A DNA stretch of 31,566 bases from Eledone cirrhosa (Eukaryota): the NCBI GenBank assembly GCA_964016885.1, contig CAXHJY010001114.1:1-31566 (forward strand), written 5' to 3'. This document shows, in pieces, positions 1-10,459 of this stretch. The notes below the pieces were generated by a model. The model was given only the letters and a program-made list of their open reading frames with translations, made no database searches and was not told the DNA's origin. The translations under genes and the position numbers were made by a program. The first letter of the stretch is position 1. The number at the start of each line of letters is the position of its first letter.

Positions 1-1285
<1,285 letters not shown>

Positions 1286-2703
1286 TGTTCTCAGCCCCCT
1301 ACTATTTATTATTGCCCTTCAGGCTATAACAGAGGAGTTCAAGACCGGCTGCCCATGGGAACTCCTATACGCAGACGACCTGACACTCATAGCGGAATCA
1401 ATGGCCGAGCTAGAGAAGAAATTACAAACATGGAAGCACGGCCTAGAATCAAAAGGACTTAAAATTAACCTGGCTAAGACTAAAGTTCTAGTTTGTAGGA
1501 AAGAAAACAAGGCGGCGGTCCCTTCTGGGAAATGGTCGTGCTCGGTGTGTAGGAAAGGCGTAGGTAGAAACTCCATTTTATGTCCTAAATGCAAAGTATG
1601 GGTGCATAAAAGTTGTAGTGGGATCACAGGTAAGCTAACTAAGAACATAGATTTTACATGTGGCCGGTGCTCTGGTGCAATAAGTAGCAGCAAGTGCCCA
1701 CAAAATACTAGCTCTTTTAATTGCGCAGAGGGTTCTATAGAAATAGTGGACAGCTTCCGTTACCTGGGCGATAAAATCAGCAGTGGGGGAGGGTACTCTG
1801 AAAGTACAGTAGCTAGAGTCAGAACTGGTTGGAAAAAGTTCAGAGAGCTTATACCACTATTAGCTGCTAAAGGGTTCTCCCTAAAAATGAAAGGCAGGTT
1901 GTACGATGCCTGCATACGAACAGCAATGTTGCATGGCAGTGAGACCTGGGCATTGTGTGCAGAGGATATATGCAGACTAGAGAGGAACGAAGCTTGCATG
2001 CTCCGCTGCATGTGTAACAGTAATATACGTGAACGGCAAAGCATAAACGAACTAAGGAAAAAATTAGAAATAAGAGGGATCAGATGTTGTTTACTCGAGA
2101 GAAGGTTACGTTGGTATGGACACGTGATGCGCATGAAAGTCGATAGCTGTATAACAAAGTGCAGGGCAATAAAGATAGACGGTAGCCACGGAATAGGCAG
2201 ACCTAGAAAAACCTGGGACGAGCTGATAAACTCCGACCTCACACACTTACACCTCCCCAAGACAATGTCACTGGACCGAGACCTTTGGCGGTACTCAGTA
2301 TCAGAAAAGACCCGCCTTACCTAAATACATAGTAAAACCTACTACAGCCAGTAGGCATCTCTAACAAAATACACCCCGTCCCACCAGCACCACCCCCACC
2401 CCGTTCTATGTAAAGTTATGTTGGTGCCGCGCCATCCAGGCCGAAACAAATGAGATCGTGTAGGTGTCACGACAAAAAACACACAGTGTTGTAATGTGGC
2501 CGTGTAGGCAACACGGTAAAAACCTCCCAGACCCACACTGTAAATGTGGTTGGTGTTAGGAAGGGCATCCAACTGTAGAAAACCGGCCAGACAGTCCTAT
2601 GCGAGCAAGACAATCACTCTTGCCTCAAGTGGGACTACCCCCGTCCAAACCCATGCAAGCGTGGAACACGGACGTTAAACGTTGATGATGATGATGATGA
2701 TGA
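1286..2703 (+). mobile_element. 5'-truncated RTE-clade non-LTR retrotransposon (copy 1, subfamily A): RT C-terminal half with PHD insertion, ~360-nt 3' UTR, (GAT)n tail
   Basis: The frame is open from 1287 to the stop at 2324: VLSPLLFII..CPWELLYADD (YADD 1368-1379), GLKINLAKTK, FRYLG, MLHGSETW, RRLRWYGHVMRM, GRPRKTW, all typical RTE ORF2 motifs. (GAT)n tail at 2684-2703. Confidence 0.93.
1287..2324 (+). pseudogene. Uninterrupted 3' portion of RTE ORF2 (reverse transcriptase motifs 4-7, PHD finger, C-terminal domain); 5'-truncated, so no endonuclease
   Basis: ORF 1401..2324 extends upstream in frame to 1287 without stops; RT motifs as listed for the element. Confidence 0.88.
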
Positions 2704-5686
2704 CATACACTATATATATATATATATATATAGACATACACTATATATATAGACATACACTATATATATATACATACACTATATATATATATATACATAC
2801 ACTATATATATATATATATACATACACTATATATATATATATATACATACACTATATATATATATATATACATACACTATATATATATATATACATACAC
2901 TATATATATATATATATACATACACTATATATATATATATATACATACACTATATATATATATACATACACACACTATATATATATATATATACATACAC
3001 ACACTATATATATATATATATACATACACACACTATATATATATATATATACATACACACACTATATATATATACATACACACACTATATATATATATAT
3101 ACATACACACACTATATATATATATATATACATACACACACTATATATATATATATATACATACACACACTATATATATATATATATACATACACACACT
3201 ATATATATATATATATACATACACACACTATATATATATATATATATACATACACACACTATATATATATATATATATATACATACACACACTATATATA
3301 TATATACATACATACACACTATATATATATATATATATACATACACACACTATATATATATATATATATACATACACTATATATATATATATATACATAC
3401 ACTATATATATATATATACATACACTATATATGTATATACATACACTATATATGTATATACATACACTATACATATATATATACATACACTATATATGTA
3501 TATACATACACTATACATATATATATACATACACTATATATATATATATATATATACATACACTATATATATATATATATACATACACTATACATATATA
3601 TATACATACACTATACATATATATATATACATACACTATATATATATATATACATACACTATATATATATATATATATATACATACACTATATATATATA
3701 TATATACATACACTATATATATATATATATATACATACACTATATATATATATATATATATACATACACTATATATATATATATATATACATACACTATA
3801 TATATATATATATACATACACTATATATATATATATATATACATACACTATATATATATATATATACATACACTATATATATATATATATACATACACTA
3901 TATATATATATATATACACATACACTATATATATATATATATACACATACACTATATATATATATATATATACATACACTATATATATATATATATATAC
4001 ATACACTATATATATATATATACATACACTATATATATATATATATACATACACTATATATATATATATATATATACATACACTATATATATATATATAT
4101 ATACATACACTATATATATATATACATACACTATATATATATATACATACACTATATATATATATACATACACTATATATATATATACATACACTATATA
4201 TATATATACATACACTATATATATATACATACACTATATATATATATACATACACTATATATATATACATACACTATATATATATATACATACACTATAT
4301 ATATATATACATACACTATATATATATATACATACACTATATATATATATACATACACTATATATATATATACATACACTATATATATACATACATACAC
4401 TATATATATATATATACATACATACACTATATATATATATATACATACATACACTATATATATAATATATATAAACATACACTATATATATAATATATCC
4501 ATACACTATATATATAATATATCCATACACTATATATATAATATATCCATACACTATATATATAATATATCCATACACTATATATATAATATATCCATAC
4601 ACTATATATATAATATATCCATACACTATATATATAATATATCCATACACTATATATATAATATATCCATACACTATATATATTATATATCCATACACTA
4701 TATATATTATATATCCATACACTATATATATTATATATCCATACACTATATATATTATATATCCATACACTATATATATTATATATCCATACACTATATA
4801 TATTATATATCCATACACTATATATATATATAATATATAAATACACTATATATATATATAATATATACATACACTATATATATATATAATATATACATAC
4901 ACTATATATATATATAATATATACATACACTATATATATATATAATATATACATACACTATATATATATATAATATATACATACACTATATATATATATA
5001 ATATATACATACACTATATATATATATAATATATACATACACTATATATATATATAATATATACATACACTATATATATATATAATATATACATACACTA
5101 TATATATATATAATATATACATACACTATATATATATATAATATATACATACACTATATATATATATAATACTATATATAATATATACATACACTATATA
5201 TATATATAATATATACATACACTATATATATATATAATATATACATACACTATATATATATATAATATATACATACACTATATATATATATAATATATAC
5301 ATACACTATATATATATATAATATATACATACACTATATATATATATAATATATACATACACTATATATATATATAATATATACATACACTATATATATA
5401 TATAATATATACATACACTATATATATATATAATATATACATACACTATATATATATATAATATATACATACACTATATATATATATAATATATACATAC
5501 ACTATATATATATATAATATATACATACACTATATATATACATATACATACACTATATATATACATATATACACTATATATATATACATATATACACTAT
5601 ATATATATACATATACACTATATATATATACATACACTATATATATATACATACACTATATATACATATATATATATATACACACT

Positions 5687-5717
<31 letters not shown>

Positions 5718-5788
5718 CTATATATACATATATATATATATATATATACACACTATATATACATATATATATATATATATATACACAC

Positions 5789-5820
<32 letters not shown>

Positions 5821-5824
5821 CACT

Positions 5825-5855
<31 letters not shown>

Positions 5856-5985
5856 CTATATATACATATATATATATACACACTATATATACATATATAT
5901 ATATATACACACTATATATACTATATATATATATACACACTATATATATATATATATATACACACTATATATATATATATATACA

Positions 5986-6021
<36 letters not shown>

Positions 6022-6043
6022 TATATATATATATATATATACA

Positions 6044-6081
<38 letters not shown>

Positions 6082-6109
6082 TATATATACATATATATAT
6101 ATATATACA

Positions 6110-6145
<36 letters not shown>

Positions 6146-6146
6146 T

Positions 6147-6177
<31 letters not shown>

Positions 6178-6263
6178 CTATACATACATATATATATATA
6201 TATATACACACACTATATATACATATATATATATACACACTATATATATATATACATACACAC

Positions 6264-6307
<44 letters not shown>

Positions 6308-6316
6308 CATACACAC

Positions 6317-6361
<45 letters not shown>

Positions 6362-6470
6362 TATATATACATATATATATACACACTATATATACATGTA
6401 TATACACACACTATATATACATATATACACACTATATATACATATATAGTATATATATATAGTATATATT
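2704..6470. repeat. Compound minisatellite/microsatellite built on CATACAC(TA)n, with homogeneous 24-bp and 28-bp sub-blocks
   Basis: Units CATACAC(TA)n and CATACACAC(TA)n; 24-bp CCATACACTATATATATAATATAT at ~4499-4820 (starts 4499, 4523, 4547); 28-bp unit at ~4865-5520 (starts 4923, 4951, 4979). Confidence 0.96.
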
Positions 6471-6689
6471 AGTAAAAAGGAAAAGAAAATGCTGACAAAC
6501 TTTTCCAATTGAAAAATAGTTTAATTTGGAATAAGTATAAATTAGTAATAAGTATTGGTTAGTATTCAGTTTCAACTTTTTACCGGTTGCACATTTCTAA
6601 TGCTTTTCAAAAATAATTTTGAGATAGAGCGCTCGTGATGTTTGCTCTAATCTGATCAGTTTTAGAAATTTTTCCCGTTTTATGTGGAA

Positions 6690-7917
6690 AAAGTCTGGCC
6701 CATGTATTGTTCTCGACAACCTGAGCAAGTTAATACATATATTAGATTTTCCGATGGCATGTGAAATTGTGTTTTACTATAAAATGTTGTCCTTCTTTGA
6801 AATAGAATTCCGAACCCCCTATTAGGTTGATGCATATGCCACAGTTGGCTCTATCGCATTTTTTTTACTGTGGGTTTCGTTGTTGTGGTTGGCAGTACTT
6901 TGGCATGTGTTAGGATGTTTTTCATTGACTTAGATTGTCTTTTGCTCTTTATGATATCGTGTGTTCGAAGGATTTGGTTCATTCTATGGTCCTTTTTTAA
7001 CACAGGGATGTTCTGGAAGAGCTTTTAGTTTCGGTTGATTTACTTTAGGGTGTCTAAGGTCCTGGGTACTGAGTTTTAGGGCACGTTGGATTCCATTGTC
7101 AATTAGTGATGCAGGGTAGTCCCTGCTTCAGAGTGTGTCCTTTAGTGCTTTTAGACGTAAGTAACAGGTGTTTTTATTGGAGACTATAGTACAGGTTCTC
7201 TTGGTTAAGTTGTAGGGAATATTAATTTTAACGTGTCTAGGGTGACATGAATTGAAAGGAAGATATTGCTTGGAGTCTGTGGGCTTGTAGTATATGTCTG
7301 TTTCTATTTTTTTGTTATGAATCTTAATGAGGATGTCGAGGAAGGGGAGTTGTTGATGGCTGTATTCTATCGTAAAGTTAATATTCGTGTTGAGCCCGTT
7401 TATAAGGGTGTAAAATTCTTTAAGTTTCTCATTTTCGTGCCAAAGGATGAAGCAGTCATCTAGATATCGCCTCCAGTTCTTTTCTATGTCTAAGTGGAGA
7501 ATGTTTCCAAATTTGTTTAGTACTTTAGTGTAGAGGGTGATTTCCAGGTATCCCATGACTAGGTTGGCATAAGTCGGGGCCGTTTTCGTTCCCATAGCGG
7601 TCCCAGATTTCTGCCTGTAGGATTTGTTAATGAAAACGAAGTAATTATTCTCCAAGATAAATTTGAGTCCTTCTATCACAAATTCTTTTTTGATGCGTTG
7701 TGGGAGTTCATTGTGGTAATTATCCAGCCAGAATTGGATAGCTTCTATTCCTAGGTTGTGGGGGATGTTGGAGTATAGGTTGACTACATTGAACGTCACT
7801 AGTAGGGTTTGTTCAGTAAGGGGCATATTAGGGAGGTGATTGAGCATATCTAGGTCGTCCCTTATATAGCTTTTGATGTGTTTGAGAAAAGGCTTGAGAA
7901 TGGCATCAATGAAGTTG
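6690..7917 (-). mobile_element. Penelope-like element (Neptune-type) relic: RT, thumb, Cys-rich linker and truncated GIY-YIG endonuclease
   Basis: ORF 7128..7940(-) has PLE RT motifs: LVTFNVVNLYSNIPH, FILENNYFVF, YRQKSGTAMGT, WRRYLDDCF, LPFLD, DIYYKPTD, SCHPRH. After a premature TGA it continues SRDYPASLID; then, with frameshifts, CDRANCGIC and FTC..NLIYVLTCSGCREQYMGQT (GIY-YIG start), cut off at ~6692. Confidence 0.9.
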
Positions 7918-8920
7918 TTCATTATAGTCCTCCAAGCCATAACAGAGGAGTTTAAGACTGACTGTCCATGGGAACTTCTCTATGCTGACGATCTGGTTCT
8001 TATAGCAGAATCAATAGAGGAGCTAGAGAATAAATTCTGGCTATGGAAACAGCAGTTGTTGATGAGTAGAAAAGAGGACAAAACTCTGATTCCGTCAGGG
8101 AAATGGCCATGTTCGATATGCAGAAAAGGAACTGGCATAAATTCTATAGAATGCACACAATGCAGATCCTGGGTACACAAGAGATGTAGCAGGATAGCAG
8201 GCAAACTAACAGGTAGGGAGAAATATGTATGCAGTAGTTGTACAGGGAAATTAGACAGTAGAAGTCGCATTGATAGACACATTTTTCAAATGCAGGCGGG
8301 TGCTATAGAAGTGGTGGATAGCTTCCGGTACCTAGAGATCAGATTAGCATGTTCCGAGGCCATAGTATCTAGAATAAGGACGGGTTGGAAGAGGTTTAGG
8401 GAGCTGCTTCCTCATTTGACGAAGGGTTTCTCCCTGAGTACAAAAGGCCGGTTGTATGATGCCTGTGTGAGGAGCACGATGCTGCATGGTAGTAAGACAT
8501 GGGCAGCAACTGTAGAGGATATGCGACGGCTGGAGAGAAATGAGGCAAGCATGCTCCGTTGGATGTGCAGTGTAAATGTGCGTAAACGACCCAGCATGAA
8601 TGTGTTGAGAGAGAAACTGTGTCTGAGAGGGATAGAATGTAGTGTACGGGAGAGGAGACTGAGGTGGTATGGACATGTGATGCGCATGGAGGATGACCGA
8701 TGGGTGAAGAAGTGTCAGGAAATGCCAGTTGAAGGAAGACGTGGTAGAGGTAGACCACGAAAAACATGGGCGGAGGTGGTGAGAACAGACCTCAGATCGC
8801 TGAAGCTCACGGTGGAGATGACGAAGGACCGTGACAAGTGGAGAGATGCTGTGCTGAATAAGACTCGTCCCACCCTTGCAAGCAGGGAAGAGCGGACGTA
8901 AAATGATGATGATGATGATA
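7915..8920 (+). mobile_element. 5'-truncated RTE-clade LINE (copy 2, subfamily B) with PHD insertion, essentially no 3' UTR, (GAT)n tail
   Basis: ORF 7873..8901: LFIIVLQAITEEF..WELLYADDL, PHD 8110-8241, RRLRWYGHVMRM, GRGRPRKTW. The stop at 8901 is followed directly by (GAT)n. It has a 42-nt in-frame deletion (EARGLRVNLAKTKV) relative to copy 3. Confidence 0.93.
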
Positions 8921-8947
8921 GTATATATATATATATATACTATTACA

Positions 8948-9105
8948 TATCCCACTACATCTCTTGTGTACCCAAGATCTGAATTGTGTAGATTTTATAG
9001 AATTTATGCCAGTTCCTTTTCTGCATATCAAACATGGCCATTTACCCTGACAGAATCAGAGTTTTGTCCTCTTTTCTACTCATCAACACTTTTGTCTTAG
9101 CTAGG
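8948..9105 (-). mobile_element. Short inverted RTE subfamily B fragment covering LAKTKV through most of the PHD finger
   Basis: Near-identical by eye to 16951-17102 (gaatttatgccagttcc, cagagttttgtcctcttttctactcatcaacacttttgtcttagctagg); translates ICRKGTGINSIKSTQFRSWVHKRCSGI. Confidence 0.88.
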
Positions 9106-9394
9106 ATTAGTGCCCCTGACTTCAGCCACTTCCACCTAGAAGCACATGAGGTCATTCTAGTGCCGTATCTAGGGATTATAATATGCACACTTCTTTGCTG
9201 GGCATGTATACATGTGGTGTTTATTAGTAGTATTTTCGTATATTTAATTGTTTTATGTTATACTTTATCATTAATGATTACATACGGGGCAAGAGTTCAT
9301 ATAACACTTTGAAATTTGCATCCCACTGGTTGACTTATTTCAACACCAGATCATTTGTTTATCAAACAGACATATCTAAAATCATACTCTCGAC

Positions 9395-9535
9395 AGGTTT
9401 GCGGCTGTGTCCTCAACACCATAGGCGCCGAGCTGGCCAACCTCAAGCGTGAGCCTCGCGAGATGGAATGGCTCTTCCAGCACACCTCCCTTACCATCAT
9501 CCGGGGAAATGCCTTCTCCATTCTGTCTGCTGGGG
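9395..9535 (+). mobile_element. C-terminal scrap of a CRE-like (restriction-like endonuclease) non-LTR retrotransposon
   Basis: IGAELANLKREPREMEWLFQHTSLTIIRGNAFSILSA matches the 'L(F/R)QR.S.A..RGNA..IL' terminus of CRE-type ORFs and is homologous to 14690-14800(-) (EPCEVEWVFQRISFTSLWSNVFSIMSA). Confidence 0.72.
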
Positions 9536-10210
9536 CTGTGTGGTGGCCAGCATGTGGGACCCCATTTGCTCACAATACAGAGAGATGGGGATGGCGAGAG
9601 AGATGGAGGTGATGACAGTGGGAGTTTGGCTCTTCCGTGTTCGGACACATTGCACCTGATATGGACTTAGTTTACCTGTATATAGGAAAAGACAGGATGA
9701 TCTCCTTTGATGGTAGATATGTCATATGTCTGCTTGATAATGAACGATCTGGTGTTGTAATAACAACACAGCCAACCAATGAGGAATCAATCCTGTGTGT
9801 ATACTGTAAATTTCAAAGTGTTATTAATTATTATTGTTTCATGTTTATTTTTTGCTTCACTCTTTATTCATTTGTTTGATGGGGTTAGCTAGCATTTATG
9901 TGTTGCTTAGTATAAGTTCATGATTTGGTTTTTATCTTAAAAATTATTGTTTCGTGTTGCTCAGATTTACCATGCTAAAACTAGCAAAAACATCCCATTT
10001 CATAAACCTTGATATACAAGGTTAACACAAACCATAAATCCTAAGCTTGGTCTTCATTTGTCCTAGTTGTCAAAAACTTTCTTTGTAACTACAGAACAGA
10101 CTAGTAATCTGATATAGTAGAAAGAATGATTTCCAATATTAAAAAGCCTAACTCATGTCCCATTACCCCCACAGTCAATTAGATTACTTTCCAGAAAACA
10201 ATTGGCAAAT

Positions 10211-10459
10211 TGTATTCATGAGTGAATAATAACAATATTATTAATATTTGGAGCAGTTCCAGCAGAGTAGCAGCAACAAGAATACGCAGTCTCGATAAGG
10301 AACAACAACTTCGAAACAATTGTTGACTGTTTGTTCTCAGCTACTGCTGGAACAAAAGGATGACATTGTCATCTAGAAAACACACATGCTATTGTGAGGC
10401 TGTTTGCTTGCAAACAAACCTAATATTAATAATATTATTATTAATCACTCACGAATACA
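10211..10459. mobile_element. MITE-like foldback element with 41-bp terminal inverted repeats
   Basis: 10211-10251 tgtattcatgagtgaataataacaatattattaatatttgg versus the reverse complement of 10419-10459 tgtattcgtgagtgattaataataatattattaatattagg: 37/41 identical. Non-coding interior with further inverted repeats. Confidence 0.7.

Noticed and set aside
1319-2260. Minus-strand ORFs 1319..1693 and 1760..2260, and equivalents at 7980-8955 and 16231-17204
   Set aside because: Antisense shadows of RTE ORF2; they recur only because the element recurs.
4499-5520. Regular 24-bp and 28-bp repeats as a possible CRISPR array
   Set aside because: Head-to-tail low-complexity units with no unique spacers and no cas genes, in a eukaryotic context.
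2682-6238. Long ORFs of 77-603 aa on both strands rich in Y/I/H/T or Y/I/V/C
   Set aside because: Translations of TA/CA satellite that lacks stop codons by composition; the poly-Met start is the LINE (GAT)n tail.
9497-9676. Minus-strand acceptor (cttttcctatatacag|G at ~9677) and following open frame
   Set aside because: It runs into antisense CRE relic sequence and gives no recognisable protein; insufficient support.
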